Shown here: positions 41,113 to 50,270 of the stretch, one piece after another
Numbering within the stretch: the stretch's first letter is position 1
Layout of the letters: every line of letters begins with the position of its first letter
NCBI GenBank assembly: GCA_963843145.1
Contig: CAWJJC010000020.1
Span: 640,001-704,000 of the forward strand
Source of the DNA: an uncultured delta proteobacterium
GTDB lineage: Bacteria; Desulfobacterota; RBG-13-43-22
Direction: 5' to 3'
Length of the DNA stretch: 64,000 nt
Position numbers and translations under genes: made by a program
The notes under the pieces: generated by a model
What the model saw: the letters and a program-made list of their open reading frames with translations, nothing else
The model's database searches: none
Told to the model about the DNA's origin: nothing

Positions 41113-41359
41113 GTCGTAGACTTTCTGATCGAGGATCTCTGGGAAGCGGTTGAAAAAGTTGAGTTGTTTGGGAAAAATATCTGGATTAGAGGGGCGGAAA
41201 CCCCCGACAAAAAATTAATGGAAAAAGATTATCGGTTTGAGACATAGGATCGTCCACGATTATTTCGACATCGACGTTGAAATAATCTGGCAGATCATTA
41301 AAAAAGATATCCCTCTCTTTAAACAGAATCTTTTCTTGATCCGGGAGTCAAAATTATAA
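41102..41359 (+). pseudogene. HEPN/DUF86 (HepT-like) toxin relic
   Basis: 3' part reads WKKIIGLRHRIVHDYFDIDVEIIWQII (R-x4-H-x-Y); 5' part broken and the locus is short. Confidence 0.75.
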
Positions 41360-41389
41360 CCAGACCTAACCTTAAAGGCGTCGATCAAT

Positions 41390-42418
41390 ATGGAAAATTC
41401 AAAACCGACCAACGAACAATGGACCGCCCTGTATGAAGCGGCCGCGGCTTTTAAGCAAACCGCCCCCTGGAAATGGATGTACGACAGCGAGCTCTTCGGG
41501 GTGCAGGACCCGGAAAGCGGGGAGGTGGGTTACTGCTGTGTTCTAGGCAGCCTGGGGGAAGTGCTGGGATTGAATGTTTATCTGGGGGCTCGGGGATTGA
41601 GCAGATATCTGGAGATGTATGAAGCGGAGCATCCTGAAAAAGATCCTGATATGCCCTATAAACAGGACCTCCTGGTGGCCCATTTCGATGACCGGTCCTT
41701 TATGGAACCCGAGGATTTGAAGCGGGTCAAGGTCCTGGGGTATTCCTTCAAAGGTAAAAAAGCCTGGCCCTGGTTTCGAAGATACGAACCGGGGTTCTAT
41801 CCAAGGCAAATTAATGAATCCGAAGTGGTCTTTCTAACGCAGGCCTTGAGGCAAGCCATTGAAATGGCCAAACGATTGAAAGAGAATCCAGCCATGTTGG
41901 AAAAAGCCGGGAACCAAGTCTGTCTGGTCCGGGTTCCGTCGATCCAGGAAGAACAGATAACCTGGGAAGACGTTTGGCAAGAGATTCCTTTGCTTAAACC
42001 GGCGGCCATCCAAGTCCCGCCGGTTGATGAACTACGCCTGAAAAAATTAAAGAAGGAAGTTCGTCGCCTTGGAGGGGTTTGGGAAGGGGATTATTTTTTC
42101 AGTCCGGCGGTAATTCAAGAAGGGGGACGGCCCTATTATCCGCAAACCGTCCTCTGGGTTCACCAGGAATCCGGCCAGATCCTGGCCGGGGAATTTTTCC
42201 CTCATCAGGGGTTCGAAAAGGCCTTTCAAGATCATTTTATGACCCTGATCGAGAAACTGGATGCGGTCCCTCAGGAAATCCAGGTTAAGAGGATCGAGGT
42301 GTTACAGTTGCTGCAGCCGGTCATTGACTATTTGAAAATATCCGCAGCTTTAAAGAAAAATCTTCCCGGTTTGGAGGAAGCCCGCCGGGCGATGGAGGAA
42401 TTTTTAAGACGGAAATAG
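41390..42418 (+). CDS. Conserved hypothetical protein
   Basis: 342-aa ORF with W..LYEAA..FK..APW.WM...FGVQDPE.GE.GYC.VLG pattern; followed by a terminator. Confidence 0.75.
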   Translation: MENSKPTNEQWTALYEAAAAFKQTAPWKWMYDSELFGVQDPESGEVGYCCVLGSLGEVLGLNVYLGARGLSRYLEMYEAEHPEKDPDMPYKQDLLVAHFDDRSFMEPEDLKRVKVLGYSFKGKKAWPWFRRYEPGFYPRQINESEVVFLTQALRQAIEMAKRLKENPAMLEKAGNQVCLVRVPSIQEEQITWEDVWQEIPLLKPAAIQVPPVDELRLKKLKKEVRRLGGVWEGDYFFSPAVIQEGGRPYYPQTVLWVHQESGQILAGEFFPHQGFEKAFQDHFMTLIEKLDAVPQEIQVKRIEVLQLLQPVIDYLKISAALKKNLPGLEEARRAMEEFLRRK

Positions 42419-42428
42419 GCCCAAAATA

Positions 42429-42455
42429 AAAGGGCCTCAAAAACCGAGGCCCTTT
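42429..42455. terminator. Probable bidirectional terminator between convergent genes
   Basis: AAAGGGCCTC-N7-GAGGCCCTTT. Confidence 0.7.
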
Positions 42456-42494
42456 ACGTTAATTCGATTTTCTCTTTTTTCAGCGCGGGGTCAT

Positions 42495-43121
42495 TTATTT
42501 TTTTGGCAGTATCCTCACGTCAATTTCCCCCTTCAGCAGTTTCTTGAACTCCTCCGCATCCTGGTCCGAACCGACGATGGCGCCATAATGGATGGGGATG
42601 GCAATTTGAGGCTTGATGGCCCGGGCGGCCTCGGCGGCCTGTTTAGCCGTCATGACGTAGGTGCCGGAAACCGGCAGGAAAGCGATGTCCGTTTTCAAGG
42701 TTTTCATTTCCGGGATGAAATCGGCGTCGCCCGGGTGATAGATCCGGACCCCTTCGATAGTGACGATGAAACCCAGCCAGTTGTTTTTTTTGGGGTGAAA
42801 ATCCTTGTCCGTATTATAGGCCGGGACGGCTTCGATGGTCATCCCTTCCCATTGTTTCACCTCGCCCGGTTTCATGGTCTCCACTTGGCCGCTTAGTTTT
42901 TTAGCGGAGGCCGGCTCGGTGATGATCAGGGTGTCCTTGGTCTGGATCTTGGCCACGTCCTCCGGGGAGCAGTGGTCGAAATGGTCATGGGTGATCAGGA
43001 TCAGGTCCGCCGGAGGCCCCCCGGCAATCTGGAAGGGGTCAAAATAGATGGTTTTTTTGTTCTGGTAGAGGATGCCGTCGTGACCCAGCCAGGATAGCTT
43101 TTTGAAAACTTCCTCAATCAT
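42495..43121 (-). CDS. MBL-fold metallo-hydrolase
   Basis: WLGH, THDHFDH, YHPGD, PIHYG. Confidence 0.88.
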   Translation of the reverse strand: MIEEVFKKLSWLGHDGILYQNKKTIYFDPFQIAGGPPADLILITHDHFDHCSPEDVAKIQTKDTLIITEPASAKKLSGQVETMKPGEVKQWEGMTIEAVPAYNTDKDFHPKKNNWLGFIVTIEGVRIYHPGDADFIPEMKTLKTDIAFLPVSGTYVMTAKQAAEAARAIKPQIAIPIHYGAIVGSDQDAEEFKKLLKGEIDVRILPKK

Positions 43122-43160
43122 AAAATCCTCCTTAAAGGGAAAAGCGGTCCGCCGCCCGAA

Positions 43161-43349
43161 TTATTTCGATTCCAGGATAATTTTGTGATCTACCAAAGAC
43201 AATTTTTTTATTTTCGCCGGCAGTACCTTCTGCTCGCCGAAGATATTCACCAAGCGGATATTCCCATTTTCCTGTTCGAGGATATCCACGCTTTCCAGGA
43301 CCAGTTCCTCCTGGCCGTCCCGCAGGATAAAGGCCGATGCTTCACACAT
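43161..43349 (-). CDS. cooT: CooT family nickel-binding protein
   Basis: MCEASAF...LVNIFGEQK...LVDHKI (Cys2 and C-terminal His). Confidence 0.85.
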   Translation of the reverse strand: MCEASAFILRDGQEELVLESVDILEQENGNIRLVNIFGEQKVLPAKIKKLSLVDHKIILESK

Positions 43350-43350
43350 G

Positions 43351-43758
43351 TTACTGAACCTCCTTTAAACGAAGAATTATCTTATCTACTAAATGAGGGA
43401 GCGGTTCCGATACAAACCCCATGATTTCCACGTTTTCCTGAGAAAGGGGAATGAGCAGTTTCAGGGCCGGGCATTCGGCCACGGCCTGGGCGATAGCCGG
43501 CGATACTTCCCCCATCATGGCTTGAGCCAGGACGATCCCGATGGGGCCCACGATAACGTCCATTTTAGGCGCCGTTTGAATGATGGCGTTCTCCCCGGTA
43601 GCCCCTTTGTTGGCCCGGGCCTTGATCATCTGGGCCGTGGCAATGGAATTGGTGCCTAAGGCGATGATCTGGACGGATTCGCCGAATTCCTCGCGCAACC
43701 TTTTGATCACGGCGCTCCCGATCCCGCCGCCTTGTCCGTCCACCACCGCGATTTTCAT
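43351..43758 (-). CDS. DUF3842 family protein
   Basis: IAVVDGQGGGIG, ALGTNSIAT, ATGENA, MMGEVSP. Confidence 0.85.
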   Translation of the reverse strand: MKIAVVDGQGGGIGSAVIKRLREEFGESVQIIALGTNSIATAQMIKARANKGATGENAIIQTAPKMDVIVGPIGIVLAQAMMGEVSPAIAQAVAECPALKLLIPLSQENVEIMGFVSEPLPHLVDKIILRLKEVQ

Positions 43759-43850
43759 TGATATCATTCCTTTATTCCAGTTGTTTTATTATCTTAACAA
43801 AAAATACGCCTGGAAACAAGCTCAAGGATCAAACCGCCATATTCCGTTCG

Positions 43851-44873
43851 CTAAAATTCATCGCCAATCTGCAATAACACTTTAACGGCCAGACCGGGGT
43901 CAATTCTTTCCCGGTACACTTCCGGTAACTTTTCCAAGGGGATCAGGTCGGAAACCAGGGGGTGGGCATCAACCTGGCCTGCGGCCATCCAATTCAAACA
44001 CTGTATATTCTCCGCATGGGTATTGGAGATGGAGGCCGTCAGCTTAACTTCCTTGAAATTGATCAGGTAAGGTTCGGGTATTTCCAGGGGTTTGAACAGT
44101 ACGCTGACGATGCAGATCTGCCCGCAGTCAGCCGCCAGATGAACGGCGCGACCGACATTGGCCGTTACCCCCGAGCATTCGAATATCTTATTAAACCCGC
44201 CTTCGACCATAGAGCTGACCTGCAAATCGAGATCCTTTTCCCCGGGATCAAATACCCCGTCGGCCCCGAATCCCAGGGCGATCTCTCTTTTTTCTTTGAG
44301 CGGCTCGAAGAGGACCACGGGGTGGTAACCAAGAATTTTCAGGATCCTGACTGCGGAGAGGCCGATGGGGCCGCCGCCCATGACCAAGGCAGGACCGATT
44401 TCAGATCCGGTACAGTTTACGGCGTGTAAGGCGGAAGCAAAGGTCTCGGCCAGGGCCGCGTTGCGGGAATCCACCCCTTCGGGTATGGGAATCAACATCT
44501 GAGGGAAGACCTTGACATATTCGGCAAAACCGCCGGGTAAGTCACCGATGCCCGTGGTTCGACGATGAACCCGGCAAAGGTGCGGTCTACCCCTAAGGCA
44601 GTTGGCGCACTGGCCACAATAGGTCGGACGGATGCAGACCTTCGTGCCCAGGGGAGGTCCGTCGGCGTCTGCGCCTTTTTCAACCAAAACGGCACTGATC
44701 TCGTGACCCAGTATCGTGCCGTCGGGCATGAACCCGCCGGCCACCAATGAATGATCCGACCCGCAAAAGCCGGTATTGACCACTTTGACCAAAACCTCAT
44801 CTGCCTTTAGCTGGTAATCGGGAACCTCCTCATAGACCAGCCCGCTGGACGGGCGAAAAACAACGGCCTTCAT
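43851..44873 (-). CDS. Zinc-dependent medium-chain alcohol dehydrogenase
   Basis: CGSDH, GHE, C-x2-C-x2-C-x7-C, GGGPIG. Confidence 0.9.
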   Translation of the reverse strand: MKAVVFRPSSGLVYEEVPDYQLKADEVLVKVVNTGFCGSDHSLVAGGFMPDGTILGHEISAVLVEKGADADGPPLGTKVCIRPTYCGQCANCLRGRPHLCRVHRRTTGIGDLPGGFAEYVKVFPQMLIPIPEGVDSRNAALAETFASALHAVNCTGSEIGPALVMGGGPIGLSAVRILKILGYHPVVLFEPLKEKREIALGFGADGVFDPGEKDLDLQVSSMVEGGFNKIFECSGVTANVGRAVHLAADCGQICIVSVLFKPLEIPEPYLINFKEVKLTASISNTHAENIQCLNWMAAGQVDAHPLVSDLIPLEKLPEVYRERIDPGLAVKVLLQIGDEF

Positions 44874-44901
44874 CGTTTGCTCCTATATTCATTTTCTTCC
44901 G

Positions 44902-46200
44902 TTAATCCTCGCATTCTAGCGTAACCTTTTCCACCTTGTTCAGATCTTTTTCATAAAAGAAGGACCCGGCAAAAAAAAGCAGGGCCGACAGCAGAAGAAA
45001 AATGGGCAGGATAGTCATGGCCACTTTGATGCCGTATACATCGGAAATCGCCCCGATCACGATCGGAGCCAGCGAGGCCCCGAGGAGATTCTGAAAAACG
45101 ACACAGATGGAATAAGAGATCGCCCGAAGTCCGGGGTGGACCACCTCCTGGGTAACGGTGATGGCCGCCGGGGAAAAGGCGCTGGCTACGATGCCCATAA
45201 GCAGGAGCAGCAGGTACTGGGCCTTTCCCTCAAGAAAGGAAAAGGCGATAAACAGGATGACGGCATTCAAGGCGGTCGTAATGGCCGGGAAGAGGAGTCG
45301 TGCACTCACCCGCTTCTTAAACCACATATCGGCCAACCATCCCCCCAGTGGGAGGCCGATGATGGCCAGCAGCATGAGCAGACCTGTTTTCATGCCCGCC
45401 TGACTGATAGGGAGACCGTCCACACGGTGAAAATAGGTGGGGAGCCAGGTAATGATAGCATTGTTGGCAAAGATGCAGCCGACAAATCCGAGATTGGTCA
45501 GAATCAGGGAAGGAACATGGAGGAAGGCGCGAAAGATATCCATCTTGCTCATTTTGACCCGGTTCCGGCCGGGTTCACAGGAATCCACCGTCTTGACCAG
45601 TTCTACGGTCTTATAGTCCTTGACGAAGAAGAAAAGGATGGCCACGAGCGCTCCGGGAAGGGCTACCAGGCCGAAGGCATGCCGCCACCCCCAGGTTTGG
45701 GCCACGTAGCCGCCGATACCAATGCCGACGGCGATACCGAGGGGAATAGAGATATTCCAAAGACCCATCATGCGGGAACGTTTTTCCGGGGGAAACAGAC
45801 CCGAGAGCATAGCCGTGCCGGCGGGGGCATAGCCGGCCTCCCCGATACCAATGCCGGAGCGGGCCATCAGCAACTGGGGGAAGCTCTTGGTAAAGGCGCA
45901 GGCTACCGTGGCGGCCGTCCAGAGCAGGGCCATGACGCCGATGGTTTTTTTTCGGCTCCAGCGGTCCACGAGGATCGAGACGGGAAAGACAAAGGCGACA
46001 ATGGACCAGTAAACGGCCGACACAAGCATGCCGGATTCGGCGTCCGTCAGTCCATATTCTATTTTAATGAACGGGAAAAGGGAGGTTACGATCATCCGGT
46101 CGACATAATCGAAAAAATAAAGCAGGAACAGCAGGGTGAAGATATAATAGGAACTTCCTTTGGACAGCTTGTATTCCTTGGGTGTAGTCAGGCCATTCAT
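44902..46200 (-). CDS. MFS transporter (spinster-like)
   Basis: About 12 hydrophobic segments, DYVDR, DRWSRK, R..IGIGEA. Confidence 0.9.
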   Translation of the reverse strand: MNGLTTPKEYKLSKGSSYYIFTLLFLLYFFDYVDRMIVTSLFPFIKIEYGLTDAESGMLVSAVYWSIVAFVFPVSILVDRWSRKKTIGVMALLWTAATVACAFTKSFPQLLMARSGIGIGEAGYAPAGTAMLSGLFPPEKRSRMMGLWNISIPLGIAVGIGIGGYVAQTWGWRHAFGLVALPGALVAILFFFVKDYKTVELVKTVDSCEPGRNRVKMSKMDIFRAFLHVPSLILTNLGFVGCIFANNAIITWLPTYFHRVDGLPISQAGMKTGLLMLLAIIGLPLGGWLADMWFKKRVSARLLFPAITTALNAVILFIAFSFLEGKAQYLLLLLMGIVASAFSPAAITVTQEVVHPGLRAISYSICVVFQNLLGASLAPIVIGAISDVYGIKVAMTILPIFLLLSALLFFAGSFFYEKDLNKVEKVTLECED

Positions 46201-46508
46201 AAGGGCTCCTTATATCATTAAAAGGTTCACTGGGCAAACAGGTCTTTAACGCTCAGGTCCGATCGACCGGTCGAACGACCTGATTCGGTTCTCCAGCGGT
46301 GCTTTAACTAACCTGATTTTTTTATCAAGGCTGGCGAAAAGGTCTCCTCGTTCGAATTTGCCGAATATAGCATAAAATCCTCCTGATAGGGGTGTAAAGC
46401 CTCTTTCCCCTGGGTTGATTGGACGTTGACAAATCGAGGAATTCCAACCAATATAAAACCCGGCAAGTTTACCAGTTAAACGGAGCCTAACGTTTCTGCC
46501 TTAATAGA

Positions 46509-47222
46509 ATGGTCCGGTTTAGTATGACGACCTTAAAAAGCAATGTTAGGGAAGCGCCGGCAACCGAATTTCTGAAAGAAGTTCCGGCCAGTCCGACATT
46601 CCTGAACCTTCCGGAAGCCAAGCGGGATCGAATTATCTTGGCGGCCACCCGGGAATTTTCAGAAAAGGGATACCAGGGAGCTTCCATCAACACCCTGGTG
46701 GACGACCTGGGAATCTCCAAGGGATCGATATTCCAATATTTTTCTAACAAGAAAGGCCTTTTTCTCTTTATCTTCCAGGCGGCGGTGGCCCAGGTCCGCA
46801 AAACCCTGGTAATGGTAAAAGAAGAAACCGAGGAACTGGAGGTCTTTGAACGAATCAGGAGTTCACTCCTGGCCGGAGTCGATTTCGTTCGTCGGCATCC
46901 CCATATCTATAGAATCTATTTGAAATTACTATTCGATCGGGACGCCCCTTTCCGCAATGAGCTGCTTCAGGCCGTTCGATTATTTTCCGCCGAATATCTG
47001 GGTTCTCTGGTGCGAAAGGGGATGGACCGGGGGGAGATCCGCCGGGATATCGCCCCGGAACAGGCGGTCTTTATCCTGGACGCGGTGCTGGACCGATACC
47101 TGCAAGCCTATATGGTTCCTTATCTGGACCACAGAGGCAATATCTACCGGGTGGATCAAAAAAAGGTGGAAGAGTGGGCGGTCGGACTGGTTACTATTTT
47201 GCGAAAAGGCTTGCAAGGATAG
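46509..47222 (+). CDS. TetR/AcrR family transcriptional regulator
   Basis: TFLNLPEAKR..I..AA..EF...GY..AS....V..LGISKGSIFQYF..K..LF. Confidence 0.92.
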   Translation: MVRFSMTTLKSNVREAPATEFLKEVPASPTFLNLPEAKRDRIILAATREFSEKGYQGASINTLVDDLGISKGSIFQYFSNKKGLFLFIFQAAVAQVRKTLVMVKEETEELEVFERIRSSLLAGVDFVRRHPHIYRIYLKLLFDRDAPFRNELLQAVRLFSAEYLGSLVRKGMDRGEIRRDIAPEQAVFILDAVLDRYLQAYMVPYLDHRGNIYRVDQKKVEEWAVGLVTILRKGLQG

Positions 47223-47259
47223 TTTTTTTTCTTTATAAAATGACCAGGTGGTCATTTTA
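47211..47259 (+). promoter_or_regulatory. Putative sigma70 promoter of mqnE overlapped by a perfect 11-bp inverted repeat (candidate TetR operator)
   Basis: TTGCAA-N17-TATAAA; TAAAATGACCA-GG-TGGTCATTTTA at 47236-47259; GGAGG RBS follows. Confidence 0.7.
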
Positions 47260-47275
47260 GTGGAGGTGTTTAAAA

Positions 47276-48364
47276 GTGCTTGAAGTCAGAGATGCGCGTC
47301 TAATGCCCATCCGGGAAAAGGTTTTATCGGGTGGGCGCTTGGGAAAGGAAGATGGTTTGGCCCTCTATCAAAGCCCTGACCTGCTGGGTGTGGGGGCTTT
47401 GGCCAACCTGGTCCGAGAGAACCGGAACGGCAACCGGGCCTATTACATCGTCAACCAGCATATTAACTATTCGAATATCTGTCAGAACCGCTGCCGTTTC
47501 TGCGCCTTCGGTCGGGACCCGGAGGATCCGCTGGCTTATCAAATGAGCCTGGAGGATATCGAGGCGAAAGTCCGGGAACGGCTGTCCGACCCGATCAGCG
47601 AAATTCACATCGTCGGGGGTATCCATCCCACCCTTCCCTTTGCCTACTACCTGGAAATGCTTCAACGGATTAAAAGAATCCGCCCGTCGGTTCACCTGCA
47701 AGCCTTCACGGCCGTGGAAATCGCCCATTTGGCTCACCTGGCCCAAAAATCCATTGAAGACACCTTGTCGGTCTTGATGGAAGCCGGGTTGGGATCTTTG
47801 CCGGGGGGCGGGGCGGAGGTCTTCAGCTCCCGTATCCGGGAAAACCTCTGCGCCAAAAAACTCCCTTCCCAGGATTGGATTTCCGTTTGCCAGACGGCCC
47901 ACCGTCTCGGACTCCATACCAATGCCACCCTGCTCTACGGCCATCTGGAGACCCTGGAAGAGCGGGTGGACCACTTGCTGGCCCTGCGGAAGGCCCAGGA
48001 TGAGACCGGAGGTTTTCTGACCTTTATCCCGCTCGCTTTCCATCCCAAGAATACCGAGTTGGCGGGAATGGCCGGCACGACCGGCGTGGATGATCTGAAA
48101 AATATCGCCGTGGCTCGCCTGATGCTGGACAACTTTCCCCACATCAAGTCCTTCTGGATCATGATCGGTCCCAAACTGGCCCAGATTTCCCTGTCCTTTG
48201 GAGCCGACGATATAGATGGAACGGTCATTGAAGAACGGATTACCCATATGGCCGGGGCGGAAACCGCCCAAGCCATGACCCGGGAGGAAATTCTTCACCT
48301 GATCCGGGAAGCCGGACGTGAACCGGTGGAGCGGGATACTTTATATAATACTCTAGTCTATTAA
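47276..48364 (+). CDS. mqnE: Aminofutalosine synthase (radical SAM)
   Basis: NYSNICQNRCRFCAF, EIHIVGG, KSFWIM, DIDGTVIEERITHMAGA. Confidence 0.88.
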   Translation: MLEVRDARLMPIREKVLSGGRLGKEDGLALYQSPDLLGVGALANLVRENRNGNRAYYIVNQHINYSNICQNRCRFCAFGRDPEDPLAYQMSLEDIEAKVRERLSDPISEIHIVGGIHPTLPFAYYLEMLQRIKRIRPSVHLQAFTAVEIAHLAHLAQKSIEDTLSVLMEAGLGSLPGGGAEVFSSRIRENLCAKKLPSQDWISVCQTAHRLGLHTNATLLYGHLETLEERVDHLLALRKAQDETGGFLTFIPLAFHPKNTELAGMAGTTGVDDLKNIAVARLMLDNFPHIKSFWIMIGPKLAQISLSFGADDIDGTVIEERITHMAGAETAQAMTREEILHLIREAGREPVERDTLYNTLVY

Positions 48365-48386
48365 ACCTGGTTGCCGCTCAAACCCG

Positions 48387-49407
48387 ATGCGCCTCAATTT
48401 CCAACAAGCCCTGGACTGGTACCAATCGGATCTCCTGACACTCGGGCAAGCCGCCCAGGAGGTTCGCTGGAAGCTCCACCCCGAACCGGTGGTCACTTAT
48501 GTGGTGGACCGGAACATTAATTACACCAATGTCTGCCTTTCCGGCTGCCGTTTTTGCGCTTTTTATCGGCCGGCGGATTCCCCGGAAGCCTATGTGCTGG
48601 ACCGGGAGGTCTTGGGCAAAAAAATTGAAGAAACATTGGCCCTGGGAGGCACCCAGATACTACTTCAGGGCGGGATGCACCCTGCTCTGCCCTTTTCATT
48701 TTATGAGGACTTGCTTCAATGGATCAAGGCCCGTTACCCGATCCACATCCACGGGTTTTCGCCCCCCGAAATCAATCACCTGTCCCGTATAGCGGGGCTG
48801 CCCCTGGAAACGGTTCTAATCCGGCTCAGGGATTCCGGGCTTGGCTCCATTCCCGGGCGGTGGGGCTGAAATACTGGTGGACCGGGTCAGGGAACGGGTT
48901 TCTCCCCGAAAAGGGACGAGCGCCGAGTGGCTTCAGGTCATGGAAACGGCCCACCGTCTCGGGTTGCGAACCACCGCCACCATGATGTTCGGCCATCTGG
49001 AAACGGTCGCAGACCGGATTGAGCACCTCCTGGTCGTTCGAGAACTGCAGGATCGTACCGGCGGCTTCACCGCTTTCATCCCCTGGACCTTCCAGCCGGG
49101 GAATACCGATCTACGGCGGATTCCGGCCGGGGGGACGGAGTACTTGCGTATGCTGGCCTTGTCCCGGTTGGTCCTCGACAACATTCCCAACATCCAGGCT
49201 TCCTGGGTTACCCAGGGGCCCAAGGTCGGACAAATCGCCCTTCTGTTCGGAGCCAACGACCTGGGCAGCACGATGATCGAAGAAAATGTGGTGGCCGCCG
49301 CCGGGGTGGCTTACCGCTTATCTATTGAAGAGCTGGCCCGCCTGATCACGGCCGCCTGTTTTATCCCCCAACAGCGGGACACCTTTTACCAAAAGGTGGC
49401 GGCATGA
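48387..49407 (+). CDS. mqnC: Cyclic dehypoxanthinyl futalosine synthase (radical SAM); +1 frameshift at ~48852-48857
   Basis: DRNINYTNVC...CRFCAFYR, LLQGGMHP, QASWVTQG, GANDLGSTMIEENVV; removing one base restores IPGGGAEIL. Confidence 0.88.
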
Positions 49408-50270
49408 CCCCCCGTGTGGCGGTTATCGCCAGGGTTGGAGCTCATCGGTCTTTTCTGGAACAGGGCGCCCGAGAGTTAAATGTTCAGCCCTTGAACACTC
49501 CATTCGGATTAAGCGTTCCGATCCATTTTTTGGAGTCGGAGGGCATCCCCTTTGTGGTCTTATCCCGCCACGGGGAGGACCGATATGCTACCGCGGCCCC
49601 CTTCGTAAACGACCTGGCCAACATCTGGGCACTGAAAGAAGCCGGCATCGAAAAAATCCTGTCCTGGTCGGCCCCCGGTTCTCTGAATCCGAATTTGGCG
49701 CCTGGTTCCCTGGTGGTGGTGGATGATTTGCTGGATGAAACCCGGTCGGGCCCGCGGTCTTTTTTCGAGGGAAAGGGTATCGGGGTAATCCGGCAGGAGG
49801 CTGTGTTTTGTCCGGAGATCAGAGTCTTGATGGTGGAAAAGCTGGCGAACGGACGGTTTCCCCTTCATTCGAAAGGAGTGTATGTCTCCGTGGAAGGGCC
49901 ACGACTGGAAACCAAGGCGGAGATCCGCAAGTATCGTCTGCTAGGAGGAGACCTGATCGGCATGAACCTGGCGCCGGAGGCCTTCCTGGCCAAGGAGCTG
50001 GAGATGTGTTACGGGGCCTTGTGCTATCCCGTCAATTTCGCCGAAGGGGTCAAGGTGCGCCCTTACGTGCGGGGGGTCCTGTTTGAAGGACTGGCCTATC
50101 CCGAGGAAATGGCGCTGGTCAAAGAAGTGGAAGAGGCCTTCCCGGATCTGATCCTGCCTTTATTGGCCCCCTTGACGGAAACCCCCCGCGCCTGCCCCTG
50201 TCCCGTCGCTATGGAGCGCTATAAAATTCGGGGGGACATCGGGGAGGACTTTCACACGTGGATCAAATAA
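49404..50270 (+). CDS. MTAP/MTIP-family purine nucleoside phosphorylase-fold protein
   Basis: SRHG, ANIWALK..G, SAPGSL, EGPRLETKAE, GMN..PE..LA.EL, VNFAEG; ATGA overlap with mqnC. Confidence 0.85.
   Translation: MTPRVAVIARVGAHRSFLEQGARELNVQPLNTPFGLSVPIHFLESEGIPFVVLSRHGEDRYATAAPFVNDLANIWALKEAGIEKILSWSAPGSLNPNLAPGSLVVVDDLLDETRSGPRSFFEGKGIGVIRQEAVFCPEIRVLMVEKLANGRFPLHSKGVYVSVEGPRLETKAEIRKYRLLGGDLIGMNLAPEAFLAKELEMCYGALCYPVNFAEGVKVRPYVRGVLFEGLAYPEEMALVKEVEEAFPDLILPLLAPLTETPRACPCPVAMERYKIRGDIGEDFHTWIK

Noticed and set aside
45136-46221. Long antisense ORFs (also 47324-48298, 51692-52912, 21942-22736)
   Set aside because: Shadows of well-supported genes on the opposite strand in GC-rich DNA, with no motifs of their own
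47276-49407. F420 biosynthesis CofG/CofH assignment for the two radical SAM genes
   Set aside because: Motifs and the UbiD/UbiA/deaminase context fit MqnE and MqnC better
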